64,000 nt of DNA from assembly GCA_963845535.1 (NCBI GenBank), contig CAWJSK010000012.1:768001-832000 (forward strand), in the 5' to 3' direction. The stretch's first letter is position 1. Every line of letters begins with the position of its first letter. The translations under genes and the position numbers were made by a program. This DNA comes from an uncultured Spirochaetota bacterium. Lineage in GTDB: Bacteria; Spirochaetota; Spirochaetia; SZUA-6; Fen-1364. The notes beneath the pieces are model-generated. The model worked only from the letters and a program-made list of their open reading frames with translations. It was not told where the DNA came from and searched no databases. Shown here piece by piece: positions 9,680-19,342 of the stretch.

Positions 9680-10228
9680 ATGAGAAAGCTCATCCAGCAG
9701 TATGCGAAGGACCTTACCTCAGGTCGCCTCGAATCGGGATACGAGCACTCCTTTCGGGTCTACCATCTCACCCGTGAGATAGGAGAGGAAGCGAGCTATG
9801 ATGACGACGTTCTGCACGCCGCATGCTTCCTCCACGACATCGAGATGTCGAAAGGCCACCCCCGCAGCTCCGCGGAAAAGGCGGAGGCAATCCTCCATGA
9901 GACGGGGTTCGTCCCCGACAAGATCCCGCTGGTGATCGACGCAATCCTCAACCACATGCCGGATGGCTCCCCCTCCACAACGGAGGCCATGCTTCTCTTC
10001 GACGCCAACCTGCTGGATTCCATCGGCGCGGTGGGCTTTGCCCGCCTGGCCGCCGGCGCGGTGGTGTGGTACCACTACTCGACAATGAAGGAAGTCCTGG
10101 ACTACATCACCCGCGAGCTTTCCTTCACGCAGAAACTCCACTTCGACACGAGCCGCAGGCTCGCGGAGGACAAGATCGCCTTCACAAAGAAGGCAATCGA
10201 ACAGTTCGCCAAAGAGCTGCACCTGTAG
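9680..10228 (+). CDS. HD domain-containing protein
   Basis: HSFRV, AACFLHDI, NH and DANLLDSIGAVG motifs. Confidence 0.85.
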   Translation: MRKLIQQYAKDLTSGRLESGYEHSFRVYHLTREIGEEASYDDDVLHAACFLHDIEMSKGHPRSSAEKAEAILHETGFVPDKIPLVIDAILNHMPDGSPSTTEAMLLFDANLLDSIGAVGFARLAAGAVVWYHYSTMKEVLDYITRELSFTQKLHFDTSRRLAEDKIAFTKKAIEQFAKELHL

Positions 10229-10237
10229 GCTGAAGCC

Positions 10238-11455
10238 ATGCCTCAGGGTACGGCGCGGCGGTTTCTCGCCGAAGGGCACCTGATCGACTCCGGGCTTCTC
10301 ACCCGGATGCTCAACCTCATTGTCGACTCTGGCGCCGACTACGAAGTCGTCACCTTCCACATGGGCAAAGTCCGCACGGACCCCTCCCGTCTCGAGCTCG
10401 AGGTGAAATGCGCCAGCGACGAGCAGCTCGCCTCTCTCACCGGCCTCCTCGTCTCCCAGGGCTGTTACGAAAAATCCGTCGGGGAGGCGCTCCTGCGCCT
10501 GGCAGCAAAGGATTCGTGCGTCCCCGAGGACTTCTATGCCACCACCAACCGGCGGACACAGGTCTTCCGGGAAGGAGCCTGGCAGGACGTTACCGAGATG
10601 CGCATGGACGGGGTGATCGTTGCCGAAAGCCTTGGGCTGCGCTGCCGCTTGATCCGTGACGTGAAGGAAGGGGATCGGATCGTCTGCACCAGCCGTTCCG
10701 TTCGGGTTTTCCCCCTGTTTCGAGACGAAGAAAGCGAAGAGTTCGGTTTCATGACGAGCGACGTTTCCTCCGAGAGAAGCGTGGATGTCGCCGTCTCCAA
10801 GGTTGCGAAGGAGCTGGCCCGGCAAAGGCGGGACGGAGGAAAAGTCATCATCGTCGGAGGGCCGGTTGTCATCCACACCGGTGGCGGCCCCGCGCTGGCG
10901 TCCCTCATCAGCCAGGGCTACGTGTCGGGCCTCCTGGCCGGCAACGCGCTTGCCGTGCATGACGTCGAAAGCGCCCTGTTCGGAACGTCACTCGGAATCG
11001 ACCTGACCACGGGAAAACCGGTTCATGAAGGGCACCGCAACCACATCAGGGCAATCAACGCCATTTTTCGTCATGGCTCCATCCGCGGCGCGGTGGAGGC
11101 GGGCGCCATCACCGAAGGCGTGATGTTTGCCTGCGTGAAGGCGGGCGTGCCCTTCTTCCTTGCCGGGTCACTCCGTGACGACGGCCCGCTGCCCGAGACG
11201 GAGATGGACATGCTGCGCGCCCAGCGGCAGTACATGGACATGGCGCGGGGAGCGTCCCTCGTCATCATGCTCTCCAGCATGCTGCACTCCATAGCCACCG
11301 GAAACATGATCCCCGCGTGGGTCAAGACGATATGCGTTGACATCAACCCCGCGGTCGTGACAAAACTCTCAGACAGAGGCTCCGGCCAGACCATCGGGAT
11401 CGTCACCGACGTCGGCCTTTTCCTCAGATCCCTCGCGGAAAAACTCCAGAGGTAA
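10238..11455 (+). CDS. TIGR00300 family protein (LOR/SDH-related, ornithine cyclodeaminase-like)
   Basis: GHLIDSG, FYATTN, MDG, VSSER, GPVVIHTG, GNALAVHD, AGSLRDDGPLP and KLSDRGS motifs. Confidence 0.9.
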   Translation: MPQGTARRFLAEGHLIDSGLLTRMLNLIVDSGADYEVVTFHMGKVRTDPSRLELEVKCASDEQLASLTGLLVSQGCYEKSVGEALLRLAAKDSCVPEDFYATTNRRTQVFREGAWQDVTEMRMDGVIVAESLGLRCRLIRDVKEGDRIVCTSRSVRVFPLFRDEESEEFGFMTSDVSSERSVDVAVSKVAKELARQRRDGGKVIIVGGPVVIHTGGGPALASLISQGYVSGLLAGNALAVHDVESALFGTSLGIDLTTGKPVHEGHRNHIRAINAIFRHGSIRGAVEAGAITEGVMFACVKAGVPFFLAGSLRDDGPLPETEMDMLRAQRQYMDMARGASLVIMLSSMLHSIATGNMIPAWVKTICVDINPAVVTKLSDRGSGQTIGIVTDVGLFLRSLAEKLQR

Positions 11456-11462
11456 GACGTCA

Positions 11463-13037
11463 ATGGACACACAGAGCGCGAACGCGCGCAATGCATCTCC
11501 TCCCGCCCGTGAACTGCATCCCCTGGAGGTGAAGGTTCTTCTGCACGCCGCGGAGGGCGCGGAGGTAACCCAGGCCAGCCTCATAGCGGAGCTCTCGTAC
11601 AACATCGGGCAGGCCAACCAGGCGCTGAGCTGGCTGGCGGCAAAAGGGTTCGCGGCGGAGAAGTCCCGCGCCACCCGGGTGCTCTACGAGATCACGGACT
11701 TCGGCAGGGAATGCCTGGAAAAAGGCACCTATGAGGAGCGGATCATCAGGCTCCTTTCCGCGGAGGGGCCGCAGAGCCTCCCTGAGATCGCAAAGAAGCT
11801 CGGGCTGGACCCCAAGGACGTGGGTTCCGCTTTCGGCGGGCTGTCAAAGGAAAAAGTCCTCAGCATGGACGGGGAGAAGCGCGCCGCCGTTGCCCCGGGG
11901 TCTGGCGCCACCGGCTCCGTGGACGCCGTGCGCGCGCTCCTGGCCAAGGCTGCCCACGCCGGCGCGCTGGACGAACGGACGCTTTCCCCCCGGGAAAAGG
12001 AGCTCGCTTCTTCTCTTGCAAAAAAAAGAGGAAGCGCTACCAGCCTCTTCCGCCTGGTGGAGCGGGAGGAAGTGTCCTACGTCATCACCCCCTCGGGCGC
12101 GGAGGCGCGCGTTCAGCTTCAGAAGGCGGGGACAACGGGAGAAGAGGTGGGTAACCTCACCCCCGACATGCTGAGGACGGAAGCCTGGAAGAACGCGCAT
12201 TTTCGCCGCTACAACATCGACGTTCCCCCCACGCGGGTGCTGCCCGGCAGGAGCAACCCCTACTGCGTGTTCCTCGAGCGTCTCAAGGACAAGCTCTCCT
12301 CTCTTGGCTTCGAGGAGTTCGATGGTCCGCTCGTTGAAACAGAGTTCTGGAACGGGGACGCGCTCTTCATGCCGCAGTTCCACTCCGCGCGGGACATCCA
12401 CGACGTCTACTCCATGAAGGACCCCACGCACGCAAAGGAGATCGAGCAGCCCTGGCTGGACCAGGTGGCGGCAACGCATGAGAGCGGCTGGAAGACGGGC
12501 AGCAGGGGCTGGGGATACGGGTTTGACCGGGAGTTCACCCGAAGGCTCATCCTCCGCAGCCAGGGAACGGTGCTGTCCGCCAAGACGCTTCCGCACGCGA
12601 AGGTGCCGGGGAAATACTTCGGCGTGGTTCGCTGCTTCCGATACGACAAGGTGGATGCCACTCACCTCGCGGACTTCTACCAGACCGAGGGGATCGTCCT
12701 GGGTGAAGAGGTCAACCTTCGCACGCTCCTGGGCCTCCTCAAGATGTTCGCGGAAGAGGTGGCCATGGCAAAGGAAGTGAAATACGTGCCCGGCTTCTTC
12801 CCGTTCACCGAGCCTTCCGTGGAGGTGCACATCAAGCATCCCACGCTCGGCTGGTTCGAGCTGGGCGGGTCGGGGATCTTCCGGCCCGAGGTGACCGAGC
12901 CGCTGGGCGTGAAGGTCCCCGTGCTCGCATGGGGCCTGGGGATCGACAGGATGGCATTGACATCCATGGGGCTGCATGACATCCGGGACCTGTTCTCGAG
13001 CTCCATTGAGGACGTGCGCACCAGGAGGATGGGCTGA
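11463..13037 (+). CDS. pheS: Phenylalanine--tRNA ligase alpha subunit (long, archaeal-type)
   Basis: FWNGDALFMPQFHSARD, CFRYDKVDATH, FPFTEPS, GSGIFRPE and AWGLGIDR motifs; long N-terminal winged-helix-like region. Confidence 0.95.
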   Translation: MDTQSANARNASPPARELHPLEVKVLLHAAEGAEVTQASLIAELSYNIGQANQALSWLAAKGFAAEKSRATRVLYEITDFGRECLEKGTYEERIIRLLSAEGPQSLPEIAKKLGLDPKDVGSAFGGLSKEKVLSMDGEKRAAVAPGSGATGSVDAVRALLAKAAHAGALDERTLSPREKELASSLAKKRGSATSLFRLVEREEVSYVITPSGAEARVQLQKAGTTGEEVGNLTPDMLRTEAWKNAHFRRYNIDVPPTRVLPGRSNPYCVFLERLKDKLSSLGFEEFDGPLVETEFWNGDALFMPQFHSARDIHDVYSMKDPTHAKEIEQPWLDQVAATHESGWKTGSRGWGYGFDREFTRRLILRSQGTVLSAKTLPHAKVPGKYFGVVRCFRYDKVDATHLADFYQTEGIVLGEEVNLRTLLGLLKMFAEEVAMAKEVKYVPGFFPFTEPSVEVHIKHPTLGWFELGGSGIFRPEVTEPLGVKVPVLAWGLGIDRMALTSMGLHDIRDLFSSSIEDVRTRRMG

Positions 13038-13041
13038 CACC

Positions 13042-14742
13042 ATGCCGAAAATCGACGTCAACGAAAAGCTTTTCTTCCGCGCGCTCGGGAAAAGGTTCAC
13101 CAAAGAGGAGCTTACGGAGCTTCTCACCGCGGCCAAGGCGGAGCTGGATGACTGGCCGGAGGGAGAGGGCGTCCTTCGCATCGAGCTGAATGACACGAAC
13201 AGGCCGGACCTGTGGTCTACCATGGGCCTTGCGCGCCAGCTTTCCATCTATCGCGGCGGCAAGATTCCCGCGTATCCGTTCTTCTCCCGGGAAGGCAAGA
13301 TCCAGAAGACGGATGACCGGAGCGTGGTTGTGGACGCCGGACTGAAAGAGATCAGGCCGTATATCGCGTCATTCGTGGCGGAGGGGCAGGAGGTCACGGA
13401 CGCGCTCCTTCGGGAGATCATCCAGTCCCAGGAGAAGCTCTGCGGCAACTTCGGTCGGAAGCGGAAGACCATAGCCATGGGCGTCTCCCGCGCGGACCTC
13501 ATCCACTGGCCGGTGCGCTACGACGCGGCTGATCCGGATGCAACGAAGTTCGTCCCGCTGGACTTCCAGAAACCCCTCTCAATGCGGGAGATCCTTTCCC
13601 AGCACCCCAAGGGCCGGGAGTACGGCCCGCTTGTTGCGGGCTTCCCGAAGTTTCCGCTTCTCTCTGACGGCACGGGTGAGGTCCTCACGTTCCCGCCCGT
13701 CATCAACTCCGCCCTCATTGGCGGCGTGCGCATTGGAGACAGCAGGCTATTCATCGACCTGACCGGTCCTGACCTGGACACCATCCTCATGGCGGCTTCG
13801 GTCACCGCGTGCGACTTCGCAGACATGGGCTTCACGGTCATGCCGGTGGCGGTCCAGTATCCATTCGACACCCCCTACGGCCGCACAATCGTCACTCCGT
13901 TCTATTTTCAAAAGGCCACCACGGTGGAGGTGGCGGACGCTGAGAAGCGGCTCGGCCAGAAGTTCTCCCCGTTGGAAGCCGCGGGACACGTCAGGAAGAT
14001 GGGCAACACGGTGAAAGTGGACGGCGCAAAGCTCATCGTCTCCCCGCCGGAGTACCGCAATGATTTTCTCCATCCCGTGGACGTGATAGAGGAGATCATG
14101 ATCGGGCGCGGAATGGAGACCTTCGAGCCCGTCATGCCCCGGGACTTCACGGTGGGCCGGATTTCCGAGGCGGAATGGCACGCGCGCAGCGTGAGGGAAA
14201 CGATGATCGGCCTCGGATACCAGGAGATGATCTACGGGTATCTGGGGGCGCGCAAGGATTTTGTCGAACGGATGGGCATTGACGGGCGGGACGTCATCGA
14301 GATCTCCAACCCCATGACGGAAAGCTACGACATTGTCCGAAACTCAATCCTCCCGAACCTCCTCACCTCGGAATCCGTTTCCGCGCACGCCGCCTACCCG
14401 CACCGCATCTTCGAGGTGGGCAAGGTCGTGGTGCGTGACCCGAAAGAGAACTACGGGTCCCGCACGCACAACACGCTGGCATTCCTCGTGGCGGACCGGG
14501 AGACAGGCTTCAACGAAGTGGATGCGCACCTGCTGGCGCTCTTCTATTACATGTCCCTGGAGCCGCAGCTTTCACCCCTGGAGGACCCGCGTTTCATCCC
14601 CGGCAGGGCTGCGGAGATTCGCGTCAAGGGAAAAAAAGTCGGAATCATGGGGGAGCTTCATCCGCAGTGTCTCGAGAACTGGGGCATCCAGATGCCGTGC
14701 GCCGCGGTTGAGCTTTCCCTGGACCTCATGCGGGAGGAGTAG
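13042..14742 (+). CDS. pheT: Phenylalanine--tRNA ligase beta subunit (short, archaeal-type)
   Basis: DTNRPDLWS, QEKL, FPPVINS, YRNDFLHPVDVIEE, RIFEVG and GELHP motifs; 566 aa with no B2/B8 domains. Confidence 0.95.
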   Translation: MPKIDVNEKLFFRALGKRFTKEELTELLTAAKAELDDWPEGEGVLRIELNDTNRPDLWSTMGLARQLSIYRGGKIPAYPFFSREGKIQKTDDRSVVVDAGLKEIRPYIASFVAEGQEVTDALLREIIQSQEKLCGNFGRKRKTIAMGVSRADLIHWPVRYDAADPDATKFVPLDFQKPLSMREILSQHPKGREYGPLVAGFPKFPLLSDGTGEVLTFPPVINSALIGGVRIGDSRLFIDLTGPDLDTILMAASVTACDFADMGFTVMPVAVQYPFDTPYGRTIVTPFYFQKATTVEVADAEKRLGQKFSPLEAAGHVRKMGNTVKVDGAKLIVSPPEYRNDFLHPVDVIEEIMIGRGMETFEPVMPRDFTVGRISEAEWHARSVRETMIGLGYQEMIYGYLGARKDFVERMGIDGRDVIEISNPMTESYDIVRNSILPNLLTSESVSAHAAYPHRIFEVGKVVVRDPKENYGSRTHNTLAFLVADRETGFNEVDAHLLALFYYMSLEPQLSPLEDPRFIPGRAAEIRVKGKKVGIMGELHPQCLENWGIQMPCAAVELSLDLMREE

Positions 14743-14745
14743 GCC

Positions 14746-15234
14746 ATGGACGTGAACGTCACCTCGGTTGCCGTCACATTCCCGGAAGGCGCCAACATCA
14801 TCGTCGGCCAGTCTCACTTCATAAAGACCGCTGAAGACATCGCGGAGATCATGAGCTCTTCGGTGCCGGGAGCGAAATTCGGCCTGGCATTCTGCGAGGC
14901 TTCCGGTCCGTGCCTGATCAGGACTGAAGGCAATGATGAAACCCTCGTTGCGGAAGCGGTCCGCGCCGCGGAGGCGGTGGGCGCCGGCCACTCTTTTTTC
15001 CTGATCATCCGTGACTCGTATCCCATCAACGTCCTCAACCAGATCAAGTCATGTCAGGAAGTGTGCCGCATCTTCTGCGCCACGGCGAACCCTCTCCAAG
15101 TGCTCGTGGGCGGCACCGGGCAGGGCAAGGGGATCATGGGCGTCGTGGACGGGTTTTCGCCGAAGGGCGTGGAGAAGGACAAAGACAGGATGGATCGAAG
15201 GTCCATGCTGCGAAAGTTCGGCTACAAGTTCTAG
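14746..15234 (+). CDS. Adenosine-specific kinase family protein
   Basis: GQSHFIKT, FCEASG, YPINVLN, IFCATANP and GVVDG motifs. Confidence 0.9.
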   Translation: MDVNVTSVAVTFPEGANIIVGQSHFIKTAEDIAEIMSSSVPGAKFGLAFCEASGPCLIRTEGNDETLVAEAVRAAEAVGAGHSFFLIIRDSYPINVLNQIKSCQEVCRIFCATANPLQVLVGGTGQGKGIMGVVDGFSPKGVEKDKDRMDRRSMLRKFGYKF

Positions 15235-15244
15235 GAGGTTCGTC

Positions 15245-16057
15245 ATGAAGCGGTTCGCTCTTTTGGCAGGCCTGGCTGCAGCCCTGATGGGTTGCGCGAG
15301 CCAGCGTCCCATGGTCACCGTGCAGCCCACCGTGAGCGTCAGCAATTTCGAATCACTCTCGTTCTCCCCGCAACGAATCGAGTTCGACGCGACAGTCCTC
15401 ATCCAGAACAACGCGCCGGTGGACCTCGATGTGCAGAAGGTGGACTGGGCCGCCGACATGTATGACCAGCAGTTGTTCACCGACTCTTTGACCGGATTCA
15501 ATCAAACGAACGCCCACGGAAGCCGGACCATCTCCCTCCCGTTTCACATCGCCATGAAGGACGTGATGGCGCAGGCGCCAGACCTCCTGGCGGAAGGGCG
15601 GTTGAAGGTGACAATTCGCGGCCAGGTATTCACCGCCGCGCGTTACGGGCTGGAGCCCGTGCCCTTCACTCAGACACTGGAGATCCCGATCATCAAGCTG
15701 CCTGACGTGGCATACGTCGGGTCAGACGGTGAGCCTTTTTCAAATGCGTTCAGGCTCAACTTCAAGCTCACGAACACGAACGACTTCCCAATCACGCTGT
15801 TGTCCGTCAGGACTTTCCTTGCCATAAACGAAAAGAAATACTCCCTGCTGCACACGCAAGGCTCCGTCGACATACCGCCGGGGCAGACGCTGCCCGTTGC
15901 GCTCCAGATGGAGAACTCTCCGGGAAAGACCTTGAGCATGGCGCTCAATCTCGCTCAGCATCCGAACCCGAGCTTCTCCGTCAACGGAACCGCGACGTTC
16001 AAGACTCCCTATGGGTTCATCTACATCCCGTTGAGCCTCGAAGAAATCCTTCAGTGA
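15245..16057 (+). CDS. LEA_2/WHy-domain lipoprotein
   Basis: Lipobox LMGC; two WHy-like repeats (IQNNAP, LTNTNDFPI). Confidence 0.7.
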   Translation: MKRFALLAGLAAALMGCASQRPMVTVQPTVSVSNFESLSFSPQRIEFDATVLIQNNAPVDLDVQKVDWAADMYDQQLFTDSLTGFNQTNAHGSRTISLPFHIAMKDVMAQAPDLLAEGRLKVTIRGQVFTAARYGLEPVPFTQTLEIPIIKLPDVAYVGSDGEPFSNAFRLNFKLTNTNDFPITLLSVRTFLAINEKKYSLLHTQGSVDIPPGQTLPVALQMENSPGKTLSMALNLAQHPNPSFSVNGTATFKTPYGFIYIPLSLEEILQ

Positions 16058-16914
16058 GACGAGTTATCGGGCATCCAGGCCTTGGCCCGATCCTTCAGGA
16101 GCTTGCTGAATGACATGCGCGGCACAGCCTGCGGAGGGCGGGCGGCAATCGTGATCTTCTGGCCTGTAGCAGGGTTGACGCCCACACGGGCTTTTCGAGG
16201 GGGCTGCTCCCGCAGAAACAGCCTTCCGAGTCTCCCCAGCCTGACTCTCTGCCCCAGGAGCATTCCCGCCTGCAGGAGCATGTGGTAGTCCTCGATGAGC
16301 TGCCGCGCCTGCCGCTTGCTCAAGGCGTTTTTCTCCGCCAGGTAGGCGATCATGGATTTCGTCGTCATGAGCTCCGGAAAACCCGTCCCCGGCGCCGCGA
16401 CGGTCCGGTTGATCTTCACAAAGCCGCTGGTGAGATAGATCGTGGCCTCGCGGATCCGCCTGGCCTGCTCATCCGGGGGAAGGCCGGGATCACAGGCCGC
16501 GATCTTCAGGAGCGCGGAAGTCCTTTTCAAGGGCCCCGCGGAAAACTCCGCTTCCCGGTCCACGGCAAGCCCCTGGGGGAAGTCCACGCGGTTCAGGAGA
16601 AGCACGTGAGGGACGTCCGTGCGCATCTCGACGCTCGCGTACTCCCCGCGCCTCCCTTCCGAGCCCGAAGGCTCAAGGCTGACCAGAGAGCCCGACCACG
16701 TAAGCAGGAGGACGCCGCGAGAGTCGCCCGCGGCAAGAGAGGCAAGCTCCTGCATGTCCAGGGCGCGGGCCTGATCCTCGAACATCCGCCTCTTCGAAAG
16801 CCACGCGGCTCCCATGCGCTGGAGGGACTCCTCGGTGTCGGGAAGACCCGAGCTTCGGACAAGCGCAACGAGGTGCTCGCGAATAGGCTTGCTGATACCT
16901 GCCACATCATCCAT
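16051..16914 (-). CDS. HU/IHF-like DNA-binding domain fused to an N-terminal domain of unknown function
   Basis: C-terminus MTTKSMIAYLAEK...VRLGRLGRL...ARVGVNPATGQKITIAARP...FSKLLKD is HU-like; RBS AGGAGG upstream of ATG 16914. Confidence 0.75.
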   Translation of the reverse strand: MDDVAGISKPIREHLVALVRSSGLPDTEESLQRMGAAWLSKRRMFEDQARALDMQELASLAAGDSRGVLLLTWSGSLVSLEPSGSEGRRGEYASVEMRTDVPHVLLLNRVDFPQGLAVDREAEFSAGPLKRTSALLKIAACDPGLPPDEQARRIREATIYLTSGFVKINRTVAAPGTGFPELMTTKSMIAYLAEKNALSKRQARQLIEDYHMLLQAGMLLGQRVRLGRLGRLFLREQPPRKARVGVNPATGQKITIAARPPQAVPRMSFSKLLKDRAKAWMPDNSSH

Positions 16915-16969
16915 AGAACGGCCTCCTCTTGAAAAACGTAGTGCTCCCCGGGCAAAATCACAACCTGAC

Positions 16970-17806
16970 ATGACGACACTTGAATTGAGCGCCATTCTGG
17001 CAGCGGCCTCAGTATGCGCGGGGTTTCTTGGCTCCCTCACGGGCCTGGGGGGCGGAGTAGTCATCATCCCGCTCTTGACCCTGGGGCTCGGGATCGACAT
17101 CCGTTACGCCATTGGCGCTTCGCTCGTCTCGGTCATCGCAACCTCATCGGGCGCCGCGGCCGCCTACGTCAGGGAAGGTTTCAGCAACATCAGGATCGGC
17201 ATGTTCCTCGAGGTCGCCACGACGCTCGGCGCCCTGGGAGGGGCGGCAATCGCCCTGCGCGTGGCCCCGTCGGTCATCGCCGTGATCTTCGGCTGCGTCC
17301 TCTTGTACTCGGCATACCAGACTTTCCGCGCGCCTCCGGCCGACCATGAGAACGTCCCTGAAGACCGCCTGGCGACGCGCCTGGGAATGAACGGGACGTT
17401 CCCCACCCCTTCCGGAATCCGCTCGTACAACGTCCGATCAGTCCCCGCGGGCTTCGGGCTCATGGCGGTGGCGGGAGTCCTCTCAGGGCTTCTCGGGATC
17501 GGCTCAGGCGCCTTGAAGGTCATAGCAATGGACCGTGTGATGAAAATCCCGTTCAAGGTCTCAACGACCACGAGCAACTTCATGATCGGGGTGACCGCGG
17601 CCGCAAGCGCGGGCGTCTACCTCAACCGCGGCTACATCGACCCCGGGCTCGCCATGCCCATCATGCTCGGCGTGCTCGGCGGCTCCGTGCTGGGCGCGCG
17701 CTTCCTGGCCGGGGCCCGCACACAGGTGCTTCGCATCGTCTTCGCGCTGACCATCGCCGCGCTTGGGGCGGAGATGATCTACAAGGGCGTGGGGGGCGGG
17801 CTTTAG
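16970..17806 (+). CDS. Sulfite exporter TauE/SafE family protein
   Basis: GSLTGLGGG, GLLGIGSG and STTTSNFMIGVT motifs; multiple TM helices. Confidence 0.9.
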   Translation: MTTLELSAILAAASVCAGFLGSLTGLGGGVVIIPLLTLGLGIDIRYAIGASLVSVIATSSGAAAAYVREGFSNIRIGMFLEVATTLGALGGAAIALRVAPSVIAVIFGCVLLYSAYQTFRAPPADHENVPEDRLATRLGMNGTFPTPSGIRSYNVRSVPAGFGLMAVAGVLSGLLGIGSGALKVIAMDRVMKIPFKVSTTTSNFMIGVTAAASAGVYLNRGYIDPGLAMPIMLGVLGGSVLGARFLAGARTQVLRIVFALTIAALGAEMIYKGVGGGL

Positions 17807-17808
17807 GA

Positions 17809-18195
17809 ATGCGTGAAAAACCGACCTTGAGCGATCATCGCGTGGAAAACATCATCGGCAACCTGCTCAGGATAGGCGTGATCGTCGCTGCCAGCATCGT
17901 CGCCGCGGGGGGAGCTTTTTACCTGTATCGGCGCGCCGGCGTCATCTCGAACTATGGATCGTTCCGGGGGGAGCCTGCTTTCCTCGAGCACATCGGGTCG
18001 GTTCTGGCTGCCGCAACGAGCCTGCGCGCCGACGCGGTGATCCAGCTCGGCCTCCTCGTCCTGATTGCCGTCCCCATCTTCCGGGTGGCTGTGTCGATCA
18101 TCGCCTTCCTGCTGAAGCGCGACTGGCTCTACAGCGTGGTGACGGCAATCGTGCTGGCGGTCCTCCTGTTCGCTCTCCTGGGGGGCATGGTCTAA
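17809..18195 (+). CDS. DUF1634 membrane protein
   Basis: IGNLLRIGV, IQLGLLVLIAVPIFRV; usual partner of TauE. Confidence 0.85.
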   Translation: MREKPTLSDHRVENIIGNLLRIGVIVAASIVAAGGAFYLYRRAGVISNYGSFRGEPAFLEHIGSVLAAATSLRADAVIQLGLLVLIAVPIFRVAVSIIAFLLKRDWLYSVVTAIVLAVLLFALLGGMV

Positions 18196-18209
18196 GCATG
18201 CGGCAACGC

Positions 18210-18872
18210 TCAGCCTTCTTCCCGGCCGTCTTTCCTCCAGATCTCCGCCGCGCTCGCAAAATGGCTGCGGAGGAGACCGACGGCGCGTGACGGATCCTTT
18301 TGCAGGCAGGAGAGCACGTCCGCGTGCATCTCCGCCCAGTCTCTTTCCATTGTGTGGAACGTGCCCTCGTGCATCAGCGTCATGTTGACCCGAAGGCTGA
18401 GCTGCCGGTAGAAGGAGTTCAGAAGCTCGTTGCCGGCAAGGGCGCAGATCTCGCTGTGGAACTCCCGGTCCAGCGCAATTGCCTTTTTCTCTTTTTCCCC
18501 AGGATCCGTCTCGTTTCCCAGCCCGCGCATGTTGTTCACGATCCGCTCCATGCGGGCCACGCTCTCCCGCGAGACCCGTGCCCCGCAGCAGGACAGGGCG
18601 TACACCTCAAGGGCTTCGCGGAGCGCATAGACCTCCAGGATGGTCCGACGCGACGGGACGCGCACCGCGCACGAGCTTCGAGGCTTGATGTCCACGACGC
18701 CCTCGAACTCCAGCCGCTTCAACGCCTCCCGCACCGGCATGCTGCTGACCGAGAGGCGGCTTGCAACGCCTTTGATGCTGATGGTGTCCCCGTAGCGGAT
18801 AGCGCCGGTGATGATCTGCTCGAGGAGGTGTTCGTAGACATGGTCCACGAGGCTTTTCGCGGAAGCGCCCAT
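18210..18872 (-). CDS. GntR family regulator (FCD domain)
   Basis: VSSMPVREALKRL HTH; EVYALREALE and DREFH motifs; start overlaps the mogA stop (TGATG). Confidence 0.9.
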   Translation of the reverse strand: MGASAKSLVDHVYEHLLEQIITGAIRYGDTISIKGVASRLSVSSMPVREALKRLEFEGVVDIKPRSSCAVRVPSRRTILEVYALREALEVYALSCCGARVSRESVARMERIVNNMRGLGNETDPGEKEKKAIALDREFHSEICALAGNELLNSFYRQLSLRVNMTLMHEGTFHTMERDWAEMHADVLSCLQKDPSRAVGLLRSHFASAAEIWRKDGREEG

Positions 18873-19342
18873 CAGTCGTGTCCCTCGGCCCGCATCATCC
18901 TCACGGCATGTTCCATGACCGGACCGAGCACCTTCATGCACAGGCGCACGGCCCTGACGGCGCCGGGAAAGTTGACCACGATGGTGCCGCCCTTGATGCC
19001 GGCAATGCCGCGGGAGAGCATGGCCGCCGGGGTCTCCGCGGAGGACTGGGCTCTCAGGGACTCGGATATTCCCGGCAACTCCCTTTCAATGAAAAGCCTT
19101 GTCGCCTCCGGGGTGACGTCCCGCGGGGAGATGCCCGTGCCGCCCGTGGTGAGGATGAAATCCGATCCCTCAGCCTCCCGCAAGGCGGCCAGGATTTCCC
19201 GTGGCTCGTCAGGGACAACGCGTCGGGACACCGCGGAATCCGCGAACCGTCGTTTCACCTCTTCCTCTATCTCGGGACCCGAGAGATCCTCGTATTCCCC
19301 CCGGGAAGCCCTGTCGGAGATCGTTATGACGGCGACTCTCAC
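18872..19342 (-). CDS. mog: MogA/MoaB molybdopterin adenylyltransferase
   Basis: VITISDR, DLSGP, VPDE, TTGGTGISPRDVTPEA and LSR motifs; GTG start overlaps the moaC stop. Confidence 0.9.
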   Translation of the reverse strand: MRVAVITISDRASRGEYEDLSGPEIEEEVKRRFADSAVSRRVVPDEPREILAALREAEGSDFILTTGGTGISPRDVTPEATRLFIERELPGISESLRAQSSAETPAAMLSRGIAGIKGGTIVVNFPGAVRAVRLCMKVLGPVMEHAVRMMRAEGHD

